Positions 12,535 through 26,039 are shown, numbered from the stretch's first letter. The stretch is DNA of 48,358 nucleotides from Tubiluchus corallicola (GCA_030141605.1 JAQGDQ010001304.1:1-48358), one strand, 5' to 3'. Numbers and translations are program-made. The notes: generated by a model not told the origin, from the letters alone.

Positions 12535-13320
12535 TTATTATTATTAATTCTTTATTTGTCATTAAAATGGTTCACTCATTATAATAAAATTGAGTAAGCC
12601 TCAGCGTAATGTTAAAATAACAACACTGTTCAAGACAAATGCGTCCAGACTAAAAAAACTAAAGTGCAAAACTAAGGCCTAATTATATACAATAAATGAA
12701 CATATTTACAAACACAATATTAAACTATTTTTACAAAACAATATTACAAAAGTACATTAAATTTTACATGACGTACTTTACACTACATATACATTTAACA
12801 TGACACAATTAACAGAAACATGCTTTACATTACATAAATTTCACTCATTACATTTACATTATTTATACATTTGACATTACAAAACTAGCATGACACGTAT
12901 TACATTACATAATTTTTTGAAAATCGTTATATGAAGTCAGTGACGGGGGTAGATGAAAGTTGAGTCTGTGTAATTAGTATCAGATGCACAATGTGGAAGT
13001 TGAAACCTTGTATATTGATATTATTTTTAAAGTGGTGGACAGATTCTATTTGTTTTATTTCACTGAGTAGTAAGTTCCATAAATGTATGGCCTGTTTTGA
13101 TATAGAGTTATTTCCAAATTTATTGTTTACTGTAATTTGCTTTAAATTGTGTGTTCTATTGTTTAAAGTGGTATCAGGAATGAATGCCAAGGGATTGTTT
13201 ATAAATGGAACGCTCAGTTTATTGATATGTTTATAAAGAAATATCAGTGTTTTGTAATCTCGATAGGCTTCTAATATTGGTATTTTTCTATCTATCTGAT
13301 TAAACGATAATAGCAAATTA
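12535..13320 (-). mobile_element. 5'-truncated CR1/L2-group LINE 3' end, copy 2
   Basis: ORF 12927-13316 (KIPILEAYRDYKTLIFLYK...RTHNLK...FGNNS...LWNLL.SEIK..ES.HHFK). ~700 bp nearly identical to 2940-3640. Confidence 0.75.
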
Positions 13321-14545
13321 TTTCCGAAGAACGGGAACGGGCCGAGGGTGGTGCTGGCTATGGATAGATAGCCCGTTCAACGGTGGGTGTCATAGGCGTA
13401 TTTAGAATTTGTGAGAGGACAACGGCGTCCCGTAACGGGCGTTTTCCTGGACCCTACTCGCGATTTTTTCGAAATTTTGACCAAACGGCCTGTAGAAAAA
13501 ACGTTCTAGTGACCCTTACTGTGTCTCTTCAAAGGAGATATACAGCTCTTTAGAAAGAGGAAGAACAGGGCTACACGATCATGTGGGCTATATTTTAGTA
13601 CACGTCCACCAAGAGGAGTGACAACGAGTTAATTACGTGTTCTATTTTCGGCAATTTTCGCTTAGAAAACTGCTAATGCAAAGCCATTGTTCTGACGTCA
13701 TCCATTATATCCTCTGTCTATAACCTTATAACTTTAATTCAGTCAAAGCTGCTACTGGCTTTGCGTTATAAATGAGGACTAAGTAGGATGTTCGCACATT
13801 TTTGATTATTAGTGTATTTACACGCAATTTTTTTGTGGGGCCTTTGCTATTTGATACGTTGTGATCCCCATTTGCAGAGTGACGAACTAAATAAAACAAG
13901 TACGACGTTTATATTTTTATGGCAGTGAACGCGCTCTCCCTAGAACCATAACAATTACAGAAAATTTTCCGTCAGATCGTAATTTAATTAAGAAAGTAAA
14001 TGATCGATACTGCAGCATCCCAGTGGACCGGGGATGAGTTGTTCCCGCTTTTGCGAGGGTGAAAGCCGTGAACATAGCACAGTTCCCATGATTGATGATG
14101 ATCGTGAAAAGGTCAAAGGTTAAGTGTACAGGAAAACGCATTTGTGTACACTTGACAACGCCTCGCAGCCCATGCTGTTGTAATAGTAACAGTTTTAACA
14201 GTCAGCTAGAACCTTACCTAGTTCATTTTTTCTTGTTCCCAAGCAAAATCCTGCTAGTTAATCACTCTACTCACAGACTAGTGCATAATTAAGTCCAGGA
14301 AAAACAACTGAAGTTACTGAACTGATGCGACAGGCGGCTTTGCTTTAAACGCATGTTGCGTGACCGTTGTAGGTAAGATGCGTTGCAGTGGCACAAAAAG
14401 CCTTTGATCGACAGCAACTGCACATGCGCACAACAAAACTGTGAAAAGGCTTATTGTGGCGGAAAAAGGACGTTGCTAGACGCAGCTCGCGTGGAATGAA
14501 AGCATATACGTTTTCCGCATACTGTGTTAATTTGTCGGAAACGGG

Positions 14546-16790
14546 GTATATCACCTCCTTATTTGGTATCCTCTCCATGTTTTCGCATAATATGAAGCGA
14601 AAGTGCATAGTGATTTTTTGAAACACCCTGTATCACCTCCATATTTGGGATCCTCTCCATGTTTTTGTATAATATGAAGTGAAAGTGCATAGTGATTTTT
14701 TAAAACACCCTGTATCATCTCCATATTTGGTATCCTCACCATGTTTTTGCTTAATTTGAAGTGAAAGTGCATAGTGATTTTTTGAAACACCCTGTATCAC
14801 CTCCTTATTTGGTATCCTCTCCATGTTTTCGCATAATATGAAGCAAAAGTGCATAGTGATTTTTTAAAACACCCTGTATCATCTCCATATTTGGTATCCT
14901 CACCATGTTTTTGCTTAATTTGAAGTGAAAGTGCATAGTGATTTTTTGAAACACCCTGTATCACCTCCTTATTTGGTATCCTCTCCATGTTTTCGCATAA
15001 TATGAAGCGAAAGTGCATAGTGATTTTTTAAAACACCCTGTATCACCTCCATATATGATATCCTCTCTATGTTTTTGCTTAATTTGAAGTGAAAGTGCAT
15101 AGTGATTTTTTTTAAACACCCTGTATCATCTGCATATTTGGTATCCTCACCATGTTTTTGCATAATTTGAAGTGAAAGTGCATAGTGATTTTTTGAAACA
15201 CCCTGTATCACCTCCTTATTTGGTATCCTCTCCATGTTTTCGCATAATATGAAGCAAAAGTGCATAGTGATTTTTTTAAACACCCTGTATCATCTGCATA
15301 TTTGGTATCCTCACCATGTTTTTGCATAATTTGAAGTGAAAGTGCATAGTGATTTTTTGAAACACCCTGTATCACCTCCTTATTTGGTATCCTATTCATG
15401 TTTTCTCATAATATGAAGCGAAGGTGCATAGTGATTTTTTAAAACACCCTGTATCACCTCCATATATGATATCCTCTCTATGTTTTCGCTTAATTTGAAG
15501 TGAAAGTGCATAGTGATTTTTTTAAACACCCTTTATCATCTCCATATTTGGTATCCTCTACATGTTTTCGCATAATATGAAGTGAAAGTGCATAGTGAGT
15601 TTTTGAAACACCCTGTATCCTCTCTATGTTTTCGCATAATATGAAGTGAAAGTGCATAGCGAGTTTTTGAAACACCCTGTATCCTCTCCATGTTTTCGCA
15701 TAATTTGAAGTGAAAGTACATAGCGAGTTTTTGAAACACCCTGTATCCTCTCCATGTTTTCGCATAATTTGAAGTGAAAGTACATAGCGAGTTTTTGAAA
15801 CACCCTGTATCCTCTACATGTTTTCTCATAATATGAAGTGAAAGTGCATAGTGAGTTTTTGAAACACCCTGTATCCTCTCCATGTTTTCGCATAATTTGA
15901 AGTGAAAGTGCATAGTGAGTTTTTGAAACACCCTGTATCCTCTCCATGTTTTCTCATAATATGAAGTGAAAGTGCATAGCGAGTTTTTGAAACACCCTGT
16001 AGCCTCTACATGTTTTCTCATAATATGAAGTGAAAGTGCATAGTGAGTTTTTGAAACACCCTGTATCCTCTCCATGTTTTCGCATAATATGAAGTGAAAG
16101 TGCATAGCGAGTTTTTGAAACACCCTGTATCCTCTCCATGTTTTCGCATAATTTGAAGTGAAAGTACATAGTGAGTTTTTGAAACACCCTGTATCCTCTC
16201 CATGTTTTCGCATAATTTGAAGTGAAAGTGCATAGTGAGTTTTTGAAACACCCTGTATCCTCTCCATGTTTTCGCATAATTTGAAGTGAAAGTACATAGT
16301 GAGTTTTTGAAACACCCTGTATCCTCTCTATGTTTTCGCATAATTTGAAGTGAAAGTACATAGTGAGTTTTTGAAACACCCTGTATCCTCTCCATGTTTT
16401 CGCATAATTTGAAGTGAAAGTGCATAGCGAGTTTTTGAAACACCCTGTATCCTCTCCATGTTGTCGCATAATTTGAAGTGAAAGTACATAGCGAGTTTTT
16501 GAAACACCCTGTATCCTCTCCATGTTTTCTCATAATATGAAGTGAAAGTGCATAGTGAGTTTTTGAAACACCCTGTATATTCTCCATGTTTTCGCATACC
16601 ATGAAGTGAAAGTGCATAGTGAGTTTTTGAAACACCCTGTATCCTCTCCATGTTTTCGCATAATTTGAAGTGAAAGTGCATAGTGAGTTTTTGAAACACC
16701 CTGTATCCTCTACATGTTTTCGCATACCATGAAGTGAAAGTGCATAGTGAGTTTTTGAAACACCCTGTATCCTCTCCATGTTTTCGCATA
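14546..16790. repeat. satellite array, ~13 x 82 bp then ~18 x 64 bp
   Basis: caccctgtat recurs every 82 bp (14624, 14706...) and then every 64 bp (15609, 15673...). The short unit lacks acctccatatttggtatc. Confidence 0.97.
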
Positions 16791-17139
16791 CCACAGCTCT
16801 ATAGCTCTGACTAAACATCGCGTAGAATTATGGCTGATGCGAGTGATATTTATTGTCCGGCCAGCAAGCCTGGCAAATAGAACATAATTAGACATGATAC
16901 GGATAGAGTATGGCTTCCTATGGCTTCATGAATCAATACGTGCTGTGTAACATTAGATTGTACAAAGCCAGACTTTGCAGCTATACGAGGAATATGGGCT
17001 AATGTGTTTCGCGCAGACCATAGATAACTTTTCGTCTCTGCAGACTGAAATGATAAAAAAGCGATAGTAAAGCGATTGATGACGATCGTGAAAAGGGCAA
17101 AGGTTAAGTGTATCTTCTACAAATTCTCTAGAGATTTCA

Positions 17140-18028
17140 CTTGCTTGCTTACTTATTCACTCACTCACTCACACACTTACTTTACTTACTTACTTACTTA
17201 CTTACTCACTCACTGACACACTCACTCACGCATTCACTGACTCACACATCAATTCTCTCACTTACATACGCACTCACTCACTCACGCACTCAGTCACTCA
17301 CGCACTCACTCACTCGCTCACTCACTCACTCACTCACTCATTCACTCACTCGCTCACTCACTCACTCTGTCACTTATAAATCAAATAAAAAAATCAAAAT
17401 CACTCACTCACACACTTACTTTACTTATTTACTTACTCACTCACTCACTCACTCACACTCACTCACTCATCAATTCTCTCACTTACTTACTCACTCACTC
17501 ACACACTCACTCACGCACTCACTCACGCATTCACTCACGCGTTCACTCATTCACTCACACACTTACTGTACTGATTTACTTACTTACTCACTCACTTATT
17601 CATGCATTCTCTCACTTACTTACTCATTCGGTCACTCACTCACTCACACACTTACTTTACTTATTTACTTACTTACTCTTTCACTCACTCACTCACTCAC
17701 TCACTCACACACTTACTTTGCTTATTTACTTATTAACTCACTTACTCACTCACACACTTTACTTATTTACTTATTAACTCACTTACTCACTCACACACTT
17801 ACTTTATTTATTTACTTATTAACTCACTTACTCATTCACACACTTACTTTACTTATTTACTTATTAACTCACTTACTCACTCACACACTTACTTTATTTA
17901 TTTACTTATTAACTCACTTACTCACTCACACACTTACTTTATTTATTTACTTATTCACTCACTCACTCACTTATTCATGCGTTCTCTCATTTACTTACTC
18001 ACTCTGTAACTCACTCACTCACTCACTA
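17140..18028. repeat. (cact/tact)n tetranucleotide low-complexity tract
   Basis: Seen directly; source of the 312-aa THSL ORF. Confidence 0.95.
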
Positions 18029-18505
18029 CGTCAACATGGAAGTTCAAAGGTCAAAAGGCTCCGTTCAAGGTCACCGTAAAGACTAAGCTAAACGTGAACC
18101 AGTCCTCTCCACTGAAAGCATTTTCTGAGTCCGCATAACATGGCTTCTTCTGTTTTGCAAATATACTAACCAATAAGCGAAATTGGCCAGGGGGTTTGTT
18201 TTTCGTATTTGTTTGCTTTTGTTTGTTTTTGATTGCTTGTTTTACTGCCAATTCAAGTTTGTTTTGCAATAATTATCGCGTTTTGGCAACGGCTTCAACT
18301 TTATTTGCTTAATTTATTATAAACAAATCTGCTCGTTGGAACTCGCACATGTGTTCCCCGTTCCCGGCATGCCTTGCAAACGGTTCCACGTGCACTGATT
18401 GGTGGAAAAACTAACAATTCGAACGGATTCCAAACAAACTGCAATTACAAAGGTGTTGGCCTGTGATTTTGTTTAGACAAAACACGAAATTTCTGTTGCC
18501 CACAC

Positions 18506-19204
18506 CAGAGATGGACATATAGTGGATTTCTGCGGTCATGAGGTTGCGAAATCCGCATTAATTTTGCGCATTTACGCGTTGCGGATTGCGAAATTAAATT
18601 TTTCTGTTTTGCGGATTGGGGGTAGTATTTTACCGCGGATTACGCACCTTAAAATTTTCCGGATTAACGCATGCGGATAGCGAATTTTTTTTGTTTTGCG
18701 GATTGAGGATAATAAAACTGCGGATTTGCGGATTGCGCTCATTAAAATTTTGCGGATTTGCGCATTGCGGATAGTGAAATTTTTTGAATTTGCGAATTTG
18801 ACTAGTGGTTACTAAGAAACGACAGAAATGTGTATAACAAGAGTGTTAACCTATTCCACTCAGCCATGTTAGGATGCCTAACAAAATGTAATTACTCTTT
18901 AATAAGATTTGCATTGATGATTAATTCATTTCCACAAGAAGCAAAGTGGGCCTTTTAGTTAAAATAATTTTTCGGATATGCAAACTGCGGATATTTAATA
19001 TCTAAAATTGCGGATTTTACGCGAAATTGCAGTATACAAAAGTCAGTTATGTAAAGTAAATTTTCAAGTGTTTGTACAAAAAGTTTACCCAATTTCAGTC
19101 CGTTAAAGAGCCTAGGCCCGAGCCACCCACCAAGAGGGAGCCTCCCACCAATATAGGCTGTGCACACTAAAAGGTTTGTTGTCACATTAAACCTTTCATC
19201 ACTG
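18506..19204. mobile_element. putative hAT-like MITE with gcggat subterminal repeats
   Basis: Starts cagagatgga and ends ttcatcactg (imperfect TIR), with many gcggat/gcggatt motifs. No clear 8-bp TSD. Confidence 0.45.
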
Positions 19205-19211
19205 GTTTATT

Positions 19212-19667
19212 TTAACCCTTTCAGTCCTAAATTATTTTTAATAAGAAACATTTTTTTGGCTTGATACTTTTGTTCAGTATGTCCATCTTGTTTACACATA
19301 ATAATTATTTTTTCTACCTGTGCCCGCGTGCTAAATATAGCCTGTATCCCACGGGATACATTGGGATTCAATGGAAGCATAAAATGTGCTTCATTTTGCA
19401 ACTGCTGATAATTTTTTAAAGTGTTTAAGACATTTAGTATGCATGTTATGCTGATCTGTACAAAGTCGTCTCTAAAGTACTGTACCTTGCACAGTTTTTT
19501 ATGCTATGTAGATTTTCTAGTTTGCCATTTTATCACCATTTTTAGTCTGTTGTTATTGGCTTAAATCAAAATAGCTATTAACAGATCAAATAACTGTCAG
19601 TTTTACAATTTTAAAGGCAGAAAATATTCTCGTATCCCACGGGATACAACGGGTATGAAAGGGTTAA
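19212..19667 (-). mobile_element. piggyBac-type MITE, copy 2 (inverted)
   Basis: TTAA-CCCTTTCagtcc ... ggtatGAAAGGG-TTAA; reverse complement of 2273-2738. Confidence 0.85.
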
Positions 19668-20434
19668 GATGTCCTCATCACTGCCTGTCTTTCTGCTACT
19701 TCCCGTGTTTTACCTGGAAATTCCCAGATGCAAAACGTTGCTCATAATTACAAATAAATAAATAGAAATTATCAACCGTTTTTCCCGAGCCTGTTATGGT
19801 CTGTAATGTTATGGGCACGATTTCATTTTTAATTATTATTATTATTATTATTTTTAATAATTATTTAACTATCAGAAACGCTTTTTGCAGTATTAATTGT
19901 GTTAAGACGTATACTTTTTATCGGATTTGAAAATGGGGTAGCGTAAGAAAATCGTGTTGTTTTCCTTTAATTTAGACGTGGTTATACAGTAGCAAAAGTT
20001 TCGTGGACGCGCGGTTTCACAGTGGAATGAACTTTCTTGCTGCGTGAAATTTCGAGAAAAATCGCAAATTTTCCAAATATTTACTGATTTTCTGACAGGA
20101 GTTCAATTCCGTGCAATGACTTTTCCTTGCGTTCTGACTGTGAAATAGGCCTAAGTTCGTTTTCGACTAGAAAGCCCTGTTTTATTCCAAGCTTCAACTA
20201 ATAGGCTTTATCCCAGTGACGTGAGAACAGCTGTGGTCGAACCCGTGTATTTTTCCCATTATCACATTATTGTCCTCATAAATAATTCAGTCGATTGGCT
20301 GGGCCTGGAAAATGTAAGTGATGATTATGTCAGCATACGTGTGCATTATGTAAGAGCGTATGAGTTGTTTAAACAAAATTTGCGTTTGCCAATCCATCTT
20401 GCTGTTTGCATTGGCCGAATGCGATTGAGTTTTT

Positions 20435-20790
<356 letters not shown>

Positions 20791-20920
20791 TCGAGCTGAA
20801 AAACTCATACTGTCAATTCAGTGCCGGATTAAAGGAAAACAGGACGATTTTTCATGTCCTATTCCAGTAAAAAGTATACCTTGTAATACCAATAATACTG
20901 CAAAAGCGTTTGTGATACAT

Positions 20921-21161
<241 letters not shown>

Positions 21162-21420
21162 CGGACAGCCTGCAAAGTACGACAGAATGTAATCCATTAT
21201 ACGAGGTCTATTACAAAAGAAGCCACTCAGGCGTAAACAATACAAAGTAAAAAAGGTTGTTTTTACCCCCAAAGAACACCACCACCACCCATCGTTTGTA
21301 GAAGCAATAAACAAGTAGTTTCTATAATTGGGCTATTAGTTCGGTTCGCGGAGGCATACAAAAATAGGTTGTTATTACATTTACCCTACGTTAAAACAGT
21401 TCGTAGTTGAGTAACTAGAA

Positions 21421-22601
21421 TAAAAGGAAAGATCAAGTCACTCAGCATGTTGGGTTTATTTTACTGTTATCATTTAAACTGTTTGTGGTGTGCTAAAGGA
21501 AAGATCAAGTCACTCAGCATGTTGGGTTTATTTTACTGTTATCATTTAAACTGTTTGTGGTGTGCTAAAGGAAAGATCAAGTCACTCAGCATGTTGGGTT
21601 TATTTTATTGTTCTCACTTAAACTGTTTGTGGTGTGTTAAAGGAAAGAACAAGTCACTCAGTATGTTGGGTTTATTTTACTGTTGTCACCTAAACTGTTT
21701 GTGGTGTGCTAAAGGAAAAACAAGTCACTCAGCATGTTGGGTTTATTTTACTGTTATCATTTAAACTGTTTGTGGTGTGCTAAAGGAAAGATCAAGTCAC
21801 TCAGTATGTTGGGTTTATTTTACTGTCATCATTTAAACTGTTTGTGGTGTGCTAAAGGAAAGAACAAGTCACTTCACATGTTGGGTTTATTTTACTGTTA
21901 TCACTTAAACTGTTTGTGGTGTGTTAAAGGAAATGACAAGTCACTTCACATGTTGGGTTTTTTTTACTGTTATCACTTAAACTGTTTGTGGTGTGCTAAA
22001 GGAAAGAACAAATCGCTCAGCATGTTGGGTTTATTTTACTGTTATCACTTAAACTGTTTGTGGTGTGCTAAAGAAAAGAACAAGTCACTCAGCATGTTGG
22101 GTTTATTTTACTGTTATCACTTAAACTTGTGAAAATATAGCAAAGAAATCTGCAAAGAACTCCCTATAAAGTATAAAATTTAAAATAAACTACCTCTGAA
22201 TAGAAACTTTCTGGCGTTGTGGTTGCCGCCATTCATTCGAAAATCGTGACGTAACCGCGAGACTTCGTGACTTTTCGTAAGCGCGCGCTGCTTAAACTAA
22301 TTCAAATTTCTGCAGTTTACCAAAAGTTCACGCAAAAATATTAAAAAATTTCCTACCTAATTTTTTGTAATTTTTTTTATACTTTTGATGAAGATCGACT
22401 TTTCTTCAAGACGAATGACGTCATTGGTGGAAGAATGGGCATTCAAAATGGAAGCACCCATGCATGAAATGATCGGGACTTTAAAGTGATTTTACTAATT
22501 ACACGAGGCGCTCATTGCTGTTTTATAACTAAATCCTTCTAACATTTTTTGCCAACATTGAAACAACTCTAACTTTCCAGAAAGGTTGACCTTTCCTTTA
22601 A
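21421..22601 (+). mobile_element. Kolobok/T2-type element family K1 with ~10 x 72-bp array (21424-22126)
   Basis: Starts taaaaggaaagatcaag and ends gttgacctttcctTTAA (22598-22601). Body is a diverged homologue of 1-459 and 5310-5789. Confidence 0.75.
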
Positions 22602-23466
22602 ATACGCCCGGCTGGTGTGAGATTTTGAAACGATTAAGCTGAACGTTGGACGGTCCTGCCATCTGGCGGCGAAAACAGTGCGAAAACAATTTACACTGAC
22701 TTTAAAGTTTCGGGTTCGCACACCTCTAAGGTCTGTTCTACTTCTCTAATGTCGTCTTTTTCAAATGACGTCATTACATCATGCAAGTAAATATGCAAAA
22801 ACGTTCATTTCAATCAATTATTTCTCCTTCAGTCAATTCAATTCAAGTTTATTTCTACAGCTGATGTTTTATTTAACTCAATTTACATAAAATGCTCTTT
22901 AGCCGAGCTGTTTTCTCGAAGAAATGGACTTTCCAGACATGGGAATATTATCATAAAGCCGTTTTCACAGGGAAATGTGTTTTTCTTCGTGTTTTACACC
23001 GAGTGGATAAATTTACTGCTTTTAAACGTGTCCAATTCTAAAACAATAGCAGAAATTCGTAAAACCTGCGCCGTCTATGGCCACTTTTCATTACTAATTC
23101 CATTACTAAGCAAGTAAAAAATTCCATTACTAAGCAAGCAATACAACTTTGGAATTCATTACCGACATCACTAAAACACAGCAGCTCTTCATCAAAATTC
23201 AAGTCTAAATTAAAAAAAAAACATTTAATGACTCGTTTTGAATATCTGACATACGAACACGATGATACTCACTCAAATCATAATTTCGTTTTCCTAGACC
23301 TTACTAAACTAGTTTATATTTTATTTTTGAATTTCTAGTTGCATTTATAGTTTAGCATGCACCAGACGCATTTGCCCAGAACAGTGTATGTTTTTATATG
23401 AACTAACACTGATTGTCTGTCTTTTATTATGATAGTCAATGTTTTTAAAATGACAAATAAAGATTT

Positions 23467-23743
<277 letters not shown>

Positions 23744-23846
23744 TAAATGGGTGTGGTCAATTTCCGTAGCTGAGAAATGATCTAATAAGTTTACTAATTA
23801 TTGCAAACCAAATTAGCACAAGTTTCAACACAACTGTTGAGAAAGA

Positions 23847-23952
23847 ATTACGTTGAAAACACCGGTTCTCGTCTGATCACCGAAGTTAAGCAACGTAGAG
23901 CCTGGTTTGTACTTGGATGGGGGACCGCCCAGGAATACCAGGTGCTGTAGGC
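23847..23952 (+). pseudogene. 5S rRNA-derived sequence (5'-clipped), head of a SINE-like element
   Basis: acgttgaaaacaccggttctcgtctgatcaccgaagttaagcaacgtagagcctggtttgtacttggatgggggaccgcccaggaataccaggtgctgtaggc matches metazoan 5S from about nt 13 to the end. The first ~12 nt are missing, no oligo-T terminator follows, and it is a single copy. Confidence 0.92.
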
Positions 23953-24279
23953 CTGCTGAATGCCCACAATGCTGTATCTCTACACTAGGCGGAGGAGCTG
24001 CACAAGCAGTCAACGGCTAGAGGGCGGAGGAGGTCGAGTGACCCAACAGCCATGTGTAGAGGAGTAAACCTTCCAAATCAGGAGTGGAGCCCCGAAGGCG
24101 GACCAGTGCAGCATGCTCACTGACTCCGGCAGCTCCTGTAGCCAACCTGGTGCCAAACGTATCACTCTGCTTTCCTTTGGACTACACCAGGGAGGAAGAG
24201 AGGGGGTTCCTGTTGTCTGGGCAACTCAGGATCTCCATACACCTTGCCCAGGCCTGCGCCCTGGAGATGTTCAAGGATC

Positions 24280-24718
24280 GGACTGCCCAGCCACAATCGA
24301 CGCTGCAGCTCCATCAATGTGATCAATAACTGACTCTCTTGGTGCACACTCCATTGTCCTCCGAGACAGAAGGATGCCAACAAGATCCACTACTGCTCAG
24401 CAACAGTCGACGCTGCAGCTCCATCAATGTAATCAATAACTGACTCTCTTGGCGCACATTCCATTGTCTTCCGAGACAGAAGAATGCCAACAAGATCCTG
24501 TACTGCTCAGCCACAGTCGACGCTGCAGCTCCATCAATGTGATCAATAACTGACTCTCTTGGCGCACACTCCATTGTCTTCCGAGACAGAAGAATGCCAA
24601 CAAGATCCTGTACTGCTCAGCCACAGTCGACGCTGCAGCTCCATCAATGTGATCAGTAACTGACTCTCTTGGCGCACACTCCATTGTCTTCCGAGACAGA
24701 AGGATGTCAACCAACCAA
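24280..24718. repeat. 110-bp tandem repeat, 4 copies
   Basis: cgacgctgcagctcc at 24298, 24408, 24518 and 24628. Confidence 0.97.
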
Positions 24719-25204
24719 AGCTTAATGTCTCCAAGCTGCAGCCTACAGTAGCCCACGAGGTAATCAGTTCTTGACTATAGTGAAATAACAGTCAGCCCAA
24801 CTACGAGTCAGGAAAGTAGAAGATCCCGGTTCGAATCAGAGGGGTGACCATCTACAGCCTACAAGTCAGTCACCCATCCACACCAGGCCCAAGTCTCACA
24901 ATGATTAAATTTGAAGCTGATGTTTAAATCGGCCGGCGGCGAGACGAGCAGAAACGTTAAGAAGGATTTACTATTCGTACTGAGTGACACGACAGATGTA
25001 ACTAGAAGACCTGCTATTCATCAAAAACCTGAAATCTAAACTTCTCTGAAGCCTCTATGATCGCTGGTCTGTCAAGTTCATCTTTGTTTCTCATAGATGA
25101 GAGTCTTAATCGGTTTCTTGTCTTTGTGATCACGTATAGAATCTCTTCTAGAATGCATAGTAAACAAACACCTGTATAAACGTTAAAATCGTTTTCCACA
25201 GCAA

Positions 25205-25578
25205 CATGTTGTGCTAGTTACAATTGTACACCTAAAATGTTGTGCCATTTACAATTGTGCACCTAAAACGTTGTGCCATTTACAATTGTGCACCTAAAAT
25301 GCCATACCATTTACAATTGTGCACCTAAAATGTTGTGCCATTTACAATTGTACGCCTAAAATGTTGTGCCATTTACAATTGTACGCCTAAAATGTTGTGC
25401 CATTTACAATTGTACACCTAAAATGTTGTGCCATTTACAATTGTACGCCTAAAATGCCGTACCATTTACAATTGTGCACCTAAAATGCCATACCATTTAC
25501 AATTGTGCACCTAAAATGTTGTGTCATTTACAATTGAACACCTAAAATGTTGTACCATTTACAATTGTACACCATTTA
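25205..25578. repeat. 31-bp minisatellite, ~12 copies
   Basis: Unit tttacaattgtgcacctaaaatgttgtgcca. Confidence 0.96.
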
Positions 25579-26039
25579 GAATTCGGAAAAATGTCGAAAA
25601 ATTTGGGACCATATTGTAACCGTAGGCAACCGGGAAATGACGTCACTTCCGGTGGTTTATAATTTCAGCGCCTTTCATATGAAGTTTTTCACTTCCTGTC
25701 ACGTGATGAGCTCAAACTGATCGTCTGCGAACGAGTTTTTGGGTCGAGAACAAAAGAGGCCCCCAACTACCGTTTACGACGTGCGTAAATCATTTCTACC
25801 AGGCAGTTTATAAATTCCCATAAAAATTATGCAATCAAACTGAGTTTGTTGAAAGTTTAGACACACAATTCACACAGAAACTCTCTCGGTTTAATCTTCT
25901 AGACGTCATTTTTGCTGTGACCAGAACTTAATGTTTTGTAAACTTCAACTAGGCAAATTTGACATTTTTCCGATGTGACAGCAGTGGATTAGTTTGCAAA
26001 AATCTAAAGCAAAACCGGATCAAATCTTAATCTAAATAT

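Larger units (their letters stand above)
23847..24718 (+). mobile_element. candidate SINE3: 5S head + GC-rich body + RTE-derived 3' end x4
   Basis: 5S head; 24271-24333 reads SRIGLPSHNRRCSSINVINN* (RTE C-terminal SRIGLxSHxRxC motif); tgtct-tccg-agaca stem-loop; caaccaaccaa tail; 110-bp tandem units. Confidence 0.7.

Noticed and set aside
14345-16895. Cluster of overlapping minus-strand ORFs
   Set aside because: Frame-cycling translations of the 82/64-bp satellite.
17141-18079. 312-aa THSL-repeat ORF
   Set aside because: Translation of (cact/tact)n low-complexity DNA.
23847-23952. Functional 5S rRNA gene
   Set aside because: Lacks the 5' ~12 nt that form helix I, has no oligo-T terminator, is single-copy and is fused to a retroposon-like body.
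25014-25199. 61-aa ORF with TKTRNRL, reminiscent of a hAT transposase dimerisation tail
   Set aside because: Only one short motif; no in-frame ERxFS and no TIRs, so it cannot be distinguished from chance.
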